This document shows, one piece after another, positions 33,741-47,972 of a stretch of 64,000 nt of DNA. The DNA is from the human T2T-CHM13v2.0 reference genome, Homo sapiens. The notes under the pieces were generated by a model, which saw nothing but the letters and a program-made list of their open reading frames with translations, searched no databases and had not been told where the DNA came from. The stretch is taken from NCBI RefSeq assembly GCF_009914755.1, contig NC_060933.1. One strand, written 5' to 3'. Both the position numbers and the translations under genes were made by a program. Within the stretch, counting starts at the first letter, position 1; each line of letters begins with the position of its first letter.

Positions 33741-34209
33741 CAGAGGTTCTTGACCAGAGTATCTATGAATTTGGATGGAAAAAATGACATTCATTAACTT
33801 TGAACTGAAATTTAGCATTTCTCTCATTTATTAATATAGACAGTGAACCACAGTAATATTAACAGTACCTGGGACTTGGTCACCAGTGGAAATCTCAGAT
33901 ATTTTCATGTCACATAACATTCGTGGGCAACTCAGAATATCTGTGCTCATAACTACTTTGAAATTACGGTAGTTATTAGACTCCCCAATAGTTCTTGTTA
34001 TTGAATACAATAATAAAGATATATATTCCCTTACATAAAGAAATACATATATTACTACATAACAAATTATTTAAAAAACAATTTAATATATTTTAATATA
34101 ATTTTTTGATATAATTTTATGCATTTAAAAACATTTCTATGAGAAGGAGCCCGGAGGCTTCACCAGACTGCCAGAAGGGTCTAGGACAGAAAATCGTTAG
34201 CAACTGTTG
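33741..34209. mobile_element. Charlie4a-like hAT DNA transposon
   Basis: CAGAGGTTCTTGACC start; aactgaaatttagcatttc, gaaattacggtagttattagac, ggcttcaccagactgcc. Confidence 0.8.
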
Positions 34210-36307
34210 GTTAGGACAGTGTCTAGCATGAGGTAGGGACACAGTGAGTGAATGAATAGTGTGTGTCTTCCCCTTTCCAGTGAGCCAATGCATTTCCAGG
34301 GTCAGATTTCCCGTGGATTGGCATGAACTTGATGTTTAGGAACGAGCTTTGGTCAAGGTCTTGTGGAAGTCTACTCTAACTGCCTGATGCTGACAGAGAG
34401 GCATTTATCGCCGGGCCCTGGGCTGCTCTCCTTTTCTTTCAGACACAGGCTCTTTCTTCAGTTCCTGCCTGTGCATCTGCTTCCTCCCCCTGCTTTCATC
34501 CCTCTGACCAGACTGTCCCTGCATGGGGCCACTGTCTACTCCCGAGGGTGTGGCACCTTAGCTTAGTTGACCAGCAGAGACTTAATATCTCAGGGTCCTG
34601 AGTTCCTAGGAGAACCAGGGGGCACCCTGGTCTAGTCAGTCTGGCTTAGGAAGCACAGTTCCCTATCTTCAGGGCCCTACTCTGGGTAGGGAAGCTGTTC
34701 TCAGGGGGGGGCTAGGCCAGGCTAACCCCCTCAGTGGCAGTCTGCTCCCTGATACAGAACTGGGGGCTCAGCCAGGCCTCAGGGACTGAAGTTGGATGGG
34801 TGGGGGTTTCTCTGAGCCTTGAAAAGGACAGTCCGTTGTACTTGATCCTGTACTTTCCTAGTATGTGAAGTATCACTTGTCTGAGAGTCGCTGCCCATAA
34901 ATTCGGCCATTTTTGTCGGGGGCGAGACATGCCGGAGTCAGACTGGAAACAAGTGCTCTGTCTTTCCTTCTAGGTCAGACCTCCCGTATAAAGCATAATG
35001 GGTAACACACTACGGCTGCCATACTTCATCTGTAGGTGGGGTGGGCCACAGGGGGAAGATGGGCAGGTTGAGAGGACTCCTGTACTTGGACCCCTGGACT
35101 CAGCTATGCTCCCTGGGGAGCCTGGAACCCACTGCTGATGATCCCCTTCCCAGCAGTGGAAGCCCATGGTTTTACAAAGCATGATACTGTTCTTTCTCAG
35201 ACACTTAAAGTTAATTTTTTGTTTGTTTTAGGAAAAAAGAATAGGTATAAATGAATAGAAAATTGTATGATAACACTGACACCGATAGTAACTGATAATC
35301 TTGATTGAGTACTTGCCCTATGTCCAGCCCTGATGGAGCATTTTAAACACGTTTCCTCATCCAGTGCTCACCCGGACTCTTGCAAGAGGCAGTGTCAGGG
35401 ATGATGAAGAGCCCAGGCCTTGGCATTGACTGACTAGGGTTTGCACCTCCCAGTCCTGCCACTAACTCACAGCAAGTCACATTACCTCACTGTGCTTCCA
35501 TTTCCCTGAAGTCTGTAGTCTTTACCTCATGGGGCTGTTGTGACGATTAAATGAGCTAATCATGTGATGCTTAGCCGGGTGCCTTGCACAGCACCTGCAC
35601 TCACTTTAGTGCTGGTGGTGGTGTGTGGAGCGGAGCCACCCAGTGAAGCTGAAGAAGTGGGTAGCGTGGTGGTGCCCTTCAGATGGGCAGAGGGTGTGCG
35701 CCGATGGCCAGTGACAGAAGAGGACCTGAGGGCTGTGTTGAAGGGCTGTGAGACTTGAGAATTCAGTTGTTAGGAAAGCAGGGAGAGCAAGGCCTCTCGT
35801 TTGGGCCAGGCTGAGCAGTTTGAGCTCCATGTCTGGGCTCCCCTTGGGAAGAGCTACAGAGTGCCAGGCACACCCAGAAAGGAGTCAAGCCCACTTCAGC
35901 CTGGGCCTGAGATAGGCTGGATCCACTCAAAGAGGATCAAGCTGGCTGTCTTCCATTTGGTCTCCTGTGGTGACTCTCTGTTAGGCCTGGATTGAGTCAC
36001 TTTAATCCTGTTTGAACTGATCTGAACAGGTTCCATCCATACCAGCTGGTTTGTTCTGGCTTAGAACAGACAGGCTGAGTTGGTCAGCCTTATACTGCCT
36101 TTGAATCTTGAGATGGATTTACTTTTAGTCTCAGTTTTTGGTTTCCCATTTTGAAGTGTATGGGTTTTTCATGGGAGTTTCTGTTGGAGGGTCCCAGCCA
36201 CTCCATCCTGGGAAGCCTTTCCTTGCCTCCAGGGGCTGTTTCCCTCCTCTCAGTGCCGTCTCTTCTGCACTAGACATTCCTCAAAGTTTTTTGCTTATTA
36301 ATAGTAT

Positions 36308-36590
36308 CCTGGATAAGTGTGGTGACTCATGCCTATCTATAATCCCAGCACTTTGGGAGGTGAAGGTGGGAGGATCGCTTGAGCCCAGCCTCAAGACTAG
36401 CCTGGGCAATGTAGTGAGACTTCATTTCTACAAAAAATAGAAAAAAATAGCTGGGCATGGTGGCACGTGCCTGTAATCCCAACTGCATGGGAGGCTGAGG
36501 ATCCCTTCAGCCCAGGAGTTTGAGGTTGCATTGAGCTATGATTGCAGCACTGCACTCCAAACTGGGAAACAGAGCTGTCTCTTTAAAAAA

Positions 36591-36648
<58 letters not shown>

Positions 36649-36665
36649 TATATGTGTATATATAT
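36308..36665 (+). mobile_element. AluJ with an A-tail grading into (AT)n/(AC)n
   Basis: ggaggatcgcttgagccc and gtgagac J features; tail microsatellite. Confidence 0.85.
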
Positions 36666-36744
36666 GAAATTTCAAGGGGAATGGGGGAGGGAAGAGTTAA
36701 ACATGTAAGTTCAGATCACCATCATGAAACAGAGCTGAAGGTGC

Positions 36745-37885
36745 TTCTTTTATTGCAGTATAATTTATATTTCATAAAACCCACCCCTTCTAATGGTATA
36801 ATTGTATGATTTTTAGGGAATTTTTAGAGCTAACTGCCACCACGATCCAGTTTTAGAACATTTCCATCCCTCAGAAACTCCTGTGTCCTTGTGTAGTCAG
36901 TTCTGTCCCTTCCCCTGGCCCACCAGTGATGTGCACTTTTGTCGCTCTAAATTTGCCTTTTCTGGACATTTCCTAAAAATGGAATCACACAGTACATTCC
37001 TTTTCATCTGTCTTCTTTCCCCGAGCATGTGTTTTAAGGTTTGTTGGTGAAGTGGCTGTATCAGTGCGTCACCTCTCTGTTTTGCTGGATAGTGCTCCAT
37101 CCTGCGGTGTGTCGACTGAATTCTCTGTCCGTTTACCAGGTGATAAACATTTGGAGGGTTTGTAGCTTTTGGCTTTTATGAATAATGGTGCTATAAGCAT
37201 TCATGTTCATGTCTTTGTGTGGACATATGTTTTCTTTTTTTAGGTAGATACCTAGGAGTAGAATTACTGGGTCATGTGATAAATTTATATTTAACTTTTT
37301 AAGAGAATACCAAACGATCTTTCAAAGTGCCTGTGCCATTCTGCCTTCCCACCAGCAACGCGTGAGGGTTCTGTCTCTGCACATTTTTGCCAATACTTGT
37401 TATGGCCTGTTGTTGTTGTTTTCTTTTGTTTTTAATTATAGCCATCCTGGTAGGTGTGATGTGGTATCTCATTATGGTTTCATTTGTGTTTCCCTGATGG
37501 CATTTCTCTTGTTAGCCATTCATGTATCTTCTTCTTCTTTTTTTTTTTTTTTTGAGGTGGAGTCTCACTCTGTTGCTCAGGCTGGAATGTAGTGTGCAAT
37601 CTCTGCTCACTGCAACCTCCGCTTCTTGGGTTCAGGCGATTCCCCTGCCTCAGCCTCCTAAGTAGCTGGGATTACAGGCATGTGCCACCACATCTGACTG
37701 ATTTTTGTCTTTTTAATAGAGATGGGGTTTCATCATGTTGGCCAGGCTGGTCTCAAACTCCTGACCTCAGGTGGTCTGCCCACTTTGGCCTCCCAAACTG
37801 CTGGGATTACAGGTGTGAGCCACTGTGCCTGGCCCATATATCTTCTTTTGTGAAATGTCTGTTCAAATCTTTTGTGGAGCTGCTT
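36745..37885 (-). mobile_element. L1MB-type fragment interrupted by an antisense AluS (37538-37834)
   Basis: tttgccttttctggacattt, tacctaggagtagaattactgggtca; Alu flanks CATGTATCTTCTT/CATATATCTTCTT. Confidence 0.85.
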
Positions 37886-38523
37886 TTTAAAGCTGCACCA
37901 GCTGTGGATCTGTGGTTCTTGGTGATGGCAAACGTGGCTTCTCTCAGGACAAAAATGACTATCAAATGAGACTTCTCAGCCCGTCTCCTCTCCTTGCTCA
38001 TGAAAGAGGACTTTGGCCTCTCCAGCTCAGCTGTTTCTCTAAGGAAAAACTTTACCTGACCAGTTCTTTTTTTTTTTTTCTTTTAACTATGAAAATTATC
38101 AAGTACTTGGAAAAGTGCAGAGACTGGTACAATGAACTCCTCTATACCCTCTTGACTAGATTCAGCCATCGTTATCATGCTGGCATATTTGCCTTGTGTC
38201 TACTCACATATATTTTGCTGACCCATTTTAACCTAAGTTTTAAACTCACTTTACGTCTATATGTTGACACACACCTCACTAAGGATAAAGACCTTTTCCT
38301 ACTTAACCACTGCATTGTTATCATACTTAGGAGAATTGACAGAAAGTCAGTGGTACCCTCTAAGATCCATAGTCAGCTTTCCCCAGTTGATTCCCAAATG
38401 TTGTTTATAGGGCAGGCTAGTTCTTCTGAGTGTTCTTGGGAAGAATGGGAAGGTAGAAGGCTCACAGGATAGAACTGAGGAGGGGATAACTGAAGTGGAT
38501 ATATTGTATTGGAGCAACTTTGA

Positions 38524-39021
<498 letters not shown>

Positions 39022-39996
39022 TGACAGCATACTTCTGTGTGCCAGGCCCTGTGACTGAGGGACCTGGGAGGGTTGCAGATGGAGTCAATATCATCAGGCT
39101 GACTTTTTCTTCTTTTTGAGCTACCTCCAAAGACTGGAGCCAACTGCAATTATCCAGGCAAATCATTTTTCGCAGTGACCTTTGGGCTAGATCTTGCTCT
39201 CCAGGATTGATTTTCACATAGGCATCACAGATTCGGCATTTCCCAAATCAAATTCATCATCCTTCCCCCAAATCTGCTATGTCACCTCTGTTCCTTCCTT
39301 GAAGAAGGACACACCATCCTTCTGGTACCTCATGCCAAAAACCATCTCATCCTCAGCTGGTACTTCTGCCTCCCTCCACTTCAGTGCCTGGGGAGTCTCT
39401 GTCCTTCCTGTCTCTCAGTCTCTCTCCCCTCTGACTTGACTGCCGCAGCCTCAGCTCAGGGGCCCTTCCTTACCTCTTGCCTGGATAACTGCAGTTGGTT
39501 CCAGTCTTTGTCCTCTCCTCGCCTTCCTCCCAACTCCCTCCTTACTCTCCTGGTCACTTGCCACTAAAAAGCTGTCAGTGGCCACAGCTTTCTGCGTTCA
39601 GTGATGTGGTAAATGCTCTTCTAGAGGTGTGTGCACTTGGGTGACAGAACAGCTGGCTCTGTTTTGGGTTGTTCAGGCATGATAGCCAGAAGAAGGGACA
39701 TTTGAGCAGGGTCTTGAATGATGACAGGGTGGCAGGGTGGCATGAACAAAGCCATCAAATAATGAGATATCTGCCTCCCTGTGCCTCAGTTTCCCCACAT
39801 GCAATAGGGTGTAATGATAGGACCTACTTCAGGATTTTTGGGTTAGATGAGCTAATGTATGCCAAGCATGGCATATGGTACTATATGGGGTTAGCTATTA
39901 CCCAGGTTATTATGGATGAAGAAGTGTGGTGCCAGGGGAACACAAGAGAATTTGCTTGTCTTCTTCACCCTGCCTTTGGTTTAAAAGAAAAATCAA

Positions 39997-40283
39997 GGCT
40001 GGATGTGGTGGCTCACACCTGTAATCCTAGCACTTTGGGAGGCCCAGGTGGGAGGATTGCTTGAGCTCAGGAGTTTGAGACCAGCTAGGCAACATAGCAA
40101 GACCCCACCTCCACAAAACAATTAGTGGAGCATGGTGGCACATGCCTGTAGTCCCAGCAACTCGGGAGACTGAGGTGGAAGGATCACCTGAGCCCAGGAG
40201 GTTGAGGCTGCAGTAAGCCGTGATTGAGCCACTGCACTCCAGTCTGGGTGACAGAGCAAGACCCTGTCTCAAAATAAATAAGA
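39997..40283 (+). mobile_element. AluJ
   Basis: ggaggattgcttgagctcagg, caacatagcaagacccc. Confidence 0.88.
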
Positions 40284-40287
40284 CAAA

Positions 40288-40587
40288 GATCACAAACTCT
40301 AGTGCCTGCAAGGGCCAGGCACGCACTGAAATGGTCGCACAAGCTAACTGGGGACTCAAAGGCCCTGCTCCAATCCAAGGGGCAGCCACCACTCAGCTGG
40401 CTGATGGTCACCATACAGTAAAATGGGCCCAGTATTGCCAGAAAAGTCAGAAATGCAGAATTCTATGTGAAATCTTCCAATTTTTAAATGTTGGTTATTA
40501 ATTTTAAAAATATTAATACCCTGTACAAGCCCATCAAACTGTATCTGTGGGCCATAGTTAGCCTGAAAGCCACTAGCTTATGACCTT
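40288..40587. mobile_element. MER103C-like hAT element
   Basis: cacaaactctagtgcctgcaagggccaggca...ccaatttttaaatgttgg...tctgtgggcca. Confidence 0.5.
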
Positions 40588-40699
40588 TCTTTAAAGGTCT
40601 CCTCTGAGATGATCTGCTCAAGTCTGGTACAACTTTTGCCTGGGGGTGGGGATAAATTTGTTTTGAAGACTGATTTTTATGAGCCCCTTTGCCTTGCAG

Positions 40700-40764
40700 G
40701 ACTTCTCCAGACAGGTTATGTTACCTGCAGAGGCTGCCCTGAAGCTCCCTGTGGCCTGGAGACT
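40700..40764 (+). other. RALGPS1: RALGPS1 5'UTR part of the first coding exon (exon 2)
   Basis: Acceptor cccctttgccttgcag|G at 40699/40700; 65 nt to the ATG at 40765. Confidence 0.85.
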
Positions 40765-40821
40765 ATGTACAAGAGGAATGGTCTGATGGCTAGCGTGTTG
40801 GTCACCTCTGCCACTCCACAG
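40765..40821 (+). CDS. RALGPS1: RALGPS1 first coding exon: MYKRNGLMASVLVTSATPQ
   Basis: actATG start, 57 nt, donor CAG|GTACTG; peptide recognised as the RALGPS1 N-terminus. Confidence 0.96.
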
Positions 40822-41805
40822 GTACTGAGGCTGCAAGAATCGGGACAGTGGGTAGAGGGGTCTCCTTTCAGCTAACCCAGGCCCCAGCTGAGCCTTGGAC
40901 AGCGAGGCAGTAGGGCTCTGTGAATACCACCATTCTTAGCACTCCTAAGGCCCCTGGCCATGCCAGGCGTGAGATTTGGGAGGCAGTCAGCCCTGAGGAT
41001 CAGCGTGTTTTCTGAAGTTGTTCTCTTCAAAGAAAAACAAATACCTGCCCAGTCCAGCTGTAGCAAGTGCCACATTCCATTTTGGTGGCAAGAAGGGATC
41101 AGACCTTTCCCAGGAAAAGCCGCTGCTGATTATAAATAAGTCACACACATTCCGGAATGAAGTCAGACAGAAGTCATTCCAACTGGCCCTGGGTTCTTAT
41201 TTACCTTGCTCAGTGGGAAATGGTTATAAGGACTGGTGGTCTGCAGTGGCCTGGGCTAGGGCCCCTGCTGTGGGGTTTGGGAGTTTGATTTCCATGCTCG
41301 GTAATGGCACAGAAGCATGCAGGAGGAGTGGGTGCCATTTGAGGCCCAAGATGCCACCACCCTATTGTGTGTGTAACGCCTGCTCCTCGGACAGATTGGC
41401 AAGGCCATACCAGGGTTTGAGCCCACAAGGCCCTCCTCATTATGCTAGGCTTTTGAAGTGATCCTGGGTAACCTGCCAAAAAGTCACAGGAATCAGTTAG
41501 TTTCTTATAAACCTTTCAAGAAAATTCGGTGTTTTGATCTCTGGTCCTGAAATCGGGATAGGTTTAAGTAAAGCTGTTGCTGCAGCAGAATTGTCATTAC
41601 CCTCATCATCATCACCAATGAATGTATTTGGGGCAGCTTTTGATCAACACGTCCCCTTGTATGATTGTGTGTGTTTGGGGCAGATACAATGGTGTGTCAC
41701 TGGAAAGTTATAATACCCGAAATCCCAGGAATGGACTCCTTTTTGTAACTAGAGGAGTCAGACTTCTATTTCCATTTAGAGTGAAGCTTCTTTCTTCTCT
41801 GGTCT

Positions 41806-41930
41806 GTATGTGTATATATGTATATGTGTGTGTGTGTGTATATATATATATTTGAGTGTGTATATATATGTGTATACACATTATACACATTCACACATAT
41901 ATGCTGTGTATATGTACATATATGTGTATC
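41806..41930. repeat. (TG/TA/CA) low-complexity tract
   Basis: Read directly from the sequence. Confidence 0.85.
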
Positions 41931-42534
41931 CAGCACAAGGTAAGTACTCAATAAATATTTTTTGAATAAATGAATGAGCAAATGATGAATACATGTATAA
42001 CTGAAGTGCTCAATAAATTTTGATGACTGAGTGATACATTTACACCAACATAGCCCCATAATTTGTTGCTTACTATATACCAGGCACTTTTTTGCATGTT
42101 CCATAGGCACTGTCTAATTTAATAGTCACAATAACCCCATCAGGTGTATATTATTATTTTATCCCTAGTTTATAGATGAGGAAGCTAAGGCACAGACAGG
42201 TGAACAAGCTGGCTTGGAATCACACAGCTGCCATGTGGGTGGGGATTCAAAGCCAGGCCTCCCTGACTCTCGAGCCGGTGCTCCTAACCATGACATTATA
42301 CCATCCAAAAGAAAATCCACCCTGTCACCCTGATATATTCTGTTTTCTGGAAGGTGGGTATAGAAGTATAGAACGGTTTGTACAGAATTGTCTGCTCAGG
42401 ATCTACATATGAGACTGGGAGATGGAGTAGACTGCCGATTCCAGCAGCATCAGGAGAAATCTTTATAACTTTTCAAAAGTTCACTCTGCGTAGGTTCTCC
42501 TCAGGGGAGAATGTCCTGTCACTGTGGAACTTTA

Positions 42535-42875
<341 letters not shown>

Positions 42876-44317
42876 TCACCCGAGTCCCCTTGAATCAGCC
42901 CTCCTGGGGATGGAGGCAGATTCTGCCAGTTATTTTTTAAGCTTTATTTTATATAACCCGTACTATAGCCCTGGGAAGTAGGTTTAATATCACCATTTTA
43001 CAGATGATAACTGAGACTCAGTAAAACGAAGTTATTCGTCTGAGCACAGACAGCAGCTGGTGTGGAGCTGGCATTTTATCCAGGCCTATCTGACCTCAGA
43101 GGTCTTAACCACTATGGTATACTGCTTCTTAAGATCATCTTAAGAGTTTTTGGTATAGTAGACTCATTTTAAAATCTTTTGATGACACAGGCCTATCGAA
43201 ATCTGCAGGTTTAAGTTCCTGCTCCTCTTTTTAACCTTACATTTGCAGTTGTTGACTATTGGTTTCCCTCACTGGCCTAAAAGCACTCTAGTTTTCAGGA
43301 AGATTACAAAGTTTTTCCAGATATAGCCATTTTGGAAAGAGTGAAATAAAGAAGAATTAATAAAAGCATATTCTCTAAATCCCAGTCCAAGATGTTGAGG
43401 TTAATGGAAACCACAAAATCCTTCTTCGTGAGCTGAGACGAATAAAATCATTTATGAACAGGGCACAATTTTTGGGCGGTAAGCTTGATTGAGCTTGATG
43501 AAGTTAAATTAAAGAGAAAGTATATTCAACATTCTGGGATCCCCACAGTGTTGAGATTCGTGAAATCAGCCACATTTGAGGAGTTTTAACTTGCCTTTTT
43601 ATGGGAGACTCTTTCATATACATGCAGGATGCAGAGCGTCCTTAGCACAAAGGACTCTACTAAATATAACTTTCACAACAGCCTCTAAAGCCAGTTGGTT
43701 ACCTCTCACCTCATTAGCAAGCAGGCTTTGAATTCCAAGTGCCCCGCATGATAAATAAGCCTTGAGAGCTACTTTCACATTTTGTGTAACAATTTCCTGC
43801 AGTGACTTCAAGTAGGAAAAAACCAGGTAATGTTTGAAAGACATCATGAGGCAGATTGTCTCCTCAGGCCTCCTAAGACATGCAGTCCTGTTCTCCCTCA
43901 AGGAAGATTGGGCTGTAATTTTTTACCCCACCACTAAACCACTGGCCAGAGAAAGTTAGGGTGTGGCAACTGAAGGTATGTGTTTTGGGGTCGGATAGAT
44001 ACAAAAGTAAGTTTACTTTCTGGCTTTCCCTTTCATAGCTGAGATACCTTGGAGAAGTAACATTGCCTCTACTTCCTTCTCTATAAAATGGGAACAATAA
44101 TAATTTGTACTCATAGGGCACATGTGAGAAGGAAATAAGATCATACACATGCAGTGCTTAACATGGTGCCTGGACTGGGGTAAAGCTCTAATCAATAGAA
44201 GCCATTTTTTATTGTACTATTCCATTGCTCTCCCATCCTGAATTCCGAGGAGGTTTGGGAGGCAATGATTCCACGTCATATCATTCAGTTGGCACCATCT
44301 TTCCCTGCTCTCCACAG

Positions 44318-44425
44318 GGCAGCAGCAGCTCGGACTCTCTGGAGGGCCAGAGCTGCGACTATGCCAGCAAGAGCTATGATGCCGTTGTCTTCGATGTCTT
44401 GAAAGTGACCCCAGAGGAGTTTGCT
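44318..44425 (+). CDS. RALGPS1: RALGPS1 second coding exon: [36 protein letters not shown]
   Basis: Acceptor tttccctgctctccacag|G, 108 nt, donor GCT|GTAAGT; in frame with the previous exon. Confidence 0.97.
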
Positions 44426-44710
44426 GTAAGTGAAACAGGGCTGGTGTGGGTGGCTGGGCACCACAGCAGGGCACTAGAGGGAGCCACCACTTAGGCTTTG
44501 GGCTCAGATTGGAAACATTCTATATGCCCAACAAGAGGGGAGTGTTGAGTAAAGTCCGTACCACCCTTTGTGAAATACAATGCAGCATTAAAAAGGATGC
44601 TGTCTTGAAATTAACTACCCTGGAAGGCTGTACGCTATATATATAAATGTGAAAGGAGCAGACTAAAGCAACGTTTGTGGAGAACGTGCAATTTAAAAAA
44701 TTCATGTACA

Positions 44711-45017
44711 GACTGGGCAAGGTGGCTCACGCCTATAATCCCAGTGCTGTGGGAGGCTGAGGTAGGAGGATGGCTTGAGCCCAGGAGTTCGAGATCAGCC
44801 TGGGCAGCATAGGGAGACTGCATCTACAAAAAATGGAAATAAAAAAATTAGCCAGGTGTGGTGGCACACACTTGCAGTCCCAGCTACTCAGGAGACAGGT
44901 GAGAGGATTGCTTCAGCCTGGGAAGTTGAAGCTGCAGTGAGCTGTGATCATGCAACTGTATTCCAGCCTGGGTGACAGAGGAAAACCCTGTCTCAAAAAA
45001 AAAAAAAAAAAAAAAAG
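44711..45017 (+). mobile_element. AluJ
   Basis: J-type arms; CATGTACA flanks. Confidence 0.88.
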
Positions 45018-46017
45018 CATGTACAACACACATATGACATGTATTTGCATTTGCATGAGGTCTAGATTTTTTGTTTACATATTCATAAATGTCTGGATCT
45101 ATATAGCCAAACATATTATTTACTATAGTATTTGGTTATAGATTCCAGGTAATTGGAATTTAATTTTTCTTTTTGTTTATGTATACTTTCTATATTTTTA
45201 TAACAACCATTTTCTACAATGATAAACAATATTATTTGGGCAATTTAAAAAAATATAAATTAAAAAAAAAGATATATCTTCAACCAATGTGTTGCTCCCG
45301 GTCTAACTAAGGGACTGTCCCTTGTGGTGGAGCAGTGTTAGCTCCTTGTTTTGCCATGACTTGGTTTCCTCTTTTTGAACTTTGACAGTAGAGGGAGAAT
45401 ATTGATTCTGGGGTGACCTCAAACCTGATTGAGAGTGTTGTCCAAGCGTTGAACTTCTCTCCAGAACCCTGAAAGTGTTTCTAACCCATACCCACGTCTC
45501 CTCTACCCTCTTTGGTAAAAGAGGTTTCTTGTCCTCCTAGGTGCCAAGGGAACTAGCTGGGCCCCATGTCATTGCTCTGCCATCATTGGCTTCTTCCATG
45601 TTTACTTTGTGCCAGGCCATACTGAGCCTGGCACATGCATCATCTCCTTCAGTGTGTCTGAGGGATCATTTTAAAATCTTCAAACTCTCTAGTGGCTCCC
45701 TCCTACTAGAATGAGACCCAGAGTTCCTCCTGAGGCCTCCAGTACTCTCTATGGTCTGGCTAAGCCTCCTCTTCTGCCCCCACCTCTGTGCTCTCCCACT
45801 GTCTCTTTCTTCCCCAGGCTCACCTGCATCCTCTGTCCTTTTCTTTTTTCAGTCTTCATGGCTCTTCCTTAGTTGTCTGCTCACTCTGTGTTCAAATGTC
45901 TGTCCTTAGGACTTTCACTGGGCTAAAGTAGCATCTTTCCATCATTATCTTTCTCCTTACTCTGCTCTGTTTTTCTTCATAACTCTTATTACTACCCAAC
46001 ATTACATTATAGAATAA

Positions 46018-46312
<295 letters not shown>

Positions 46313-46476
46313 ATATAATAATAAATTTAAATTGCATATCTCTTCCACTGGAATATAAACTTTCTAAGGACGGGAACTTATCTGACTTGTTCACTGCATT
46401 TTTTCCCAGTGCCCAAAATATACCTGGCTCATAGTAGGTGCTCAAAACATACGTATTGCCTGAAAGAGTTCAATTC

Positions 46477-46778
46477 TTTTTTTTTTTTTTTTTTTGAGAC
46501 GGAGTCTCGCTCTGTCGCCAGGCTGGAGTGCAGTGGCAGGATCTTGGCTCACTGAAACTTCCGCCTCCCAGGTTCAAGTAATTCTCCTGTCTCAGCCTCC
46601 CGAGTAGCTGGGATTATAGGCGCATACCACCATGCCCAGCTAATTTTTGCATTTTTAGTAGAGACAGGGTTTCACCATGTTGGCCAGGATGGTCTCAATC
46701 TCCTGATCTCATGATCTGCTCGCCTCGGCCTCCCATAGTGCTGGTTGGGATTACAGGCATGAGCCACCGCACCTGACC
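46477..46778 (-). mobile_element. AluSc-like
   Basis: ctgtcgccaggc and caggatggtctc; perfect 15-bp TSD AAGAGTTCAATTCTT at 46464-46478 and 46779-46793. Confidence 0.92.
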
Positions 46779-47176
46779 AAGAGTTCAATTCTTACAACAA
46801 CTCAATGAGTCATATCATTCGCTCCCAATTTTCTGATAAAGTAAGGATCCAAGAGATTAATTTTCTACATGGATTATATAGCCAGGTATTGGCAGAGCCA
46901 GGTCTGAAACTCTCATCTCCTAATTACCCATGTAATGCTAGGAAGTAATTATAAGAGCAACTCCTATTTTTGAACACTGATTATGTCTAGGTCTTGTGTT
47001 AAATGTTTTACATGCTTTATCTAGTTTACTTTTCATAACAGCTTTATAAATTAGGTATAATTATTATTCCCAATTTACTGATAAGCGAGTCAACACTTAG
47101 AGAAGAAAGTCGTCTCTTCACACAGATAGTACATGGCACAGCTGGGATTTAAAACCAGGGCTGTCTGACACTGTAG

Positions 47177-47972
<796 letters not shown>

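Noticed and set aside
34610-34628. Second CTCF-like motif GAACCAGGGGGCAC
   Set aside because: Lacks the 5' CC of the core; too weak to call from sequence alone
37912-38472. 186-aa plus-strand ORF
   Set aside because: Runs through a T-tract and an antisense old-L1 remnant; not protein-like
43127-43145. Palindrome TCTTAAGAT-C-ATCTTAAGA
   Set aside because: Short, AT-rich, with a 1-nt centre; no supporting context, so plausibly chance or a neutral scar
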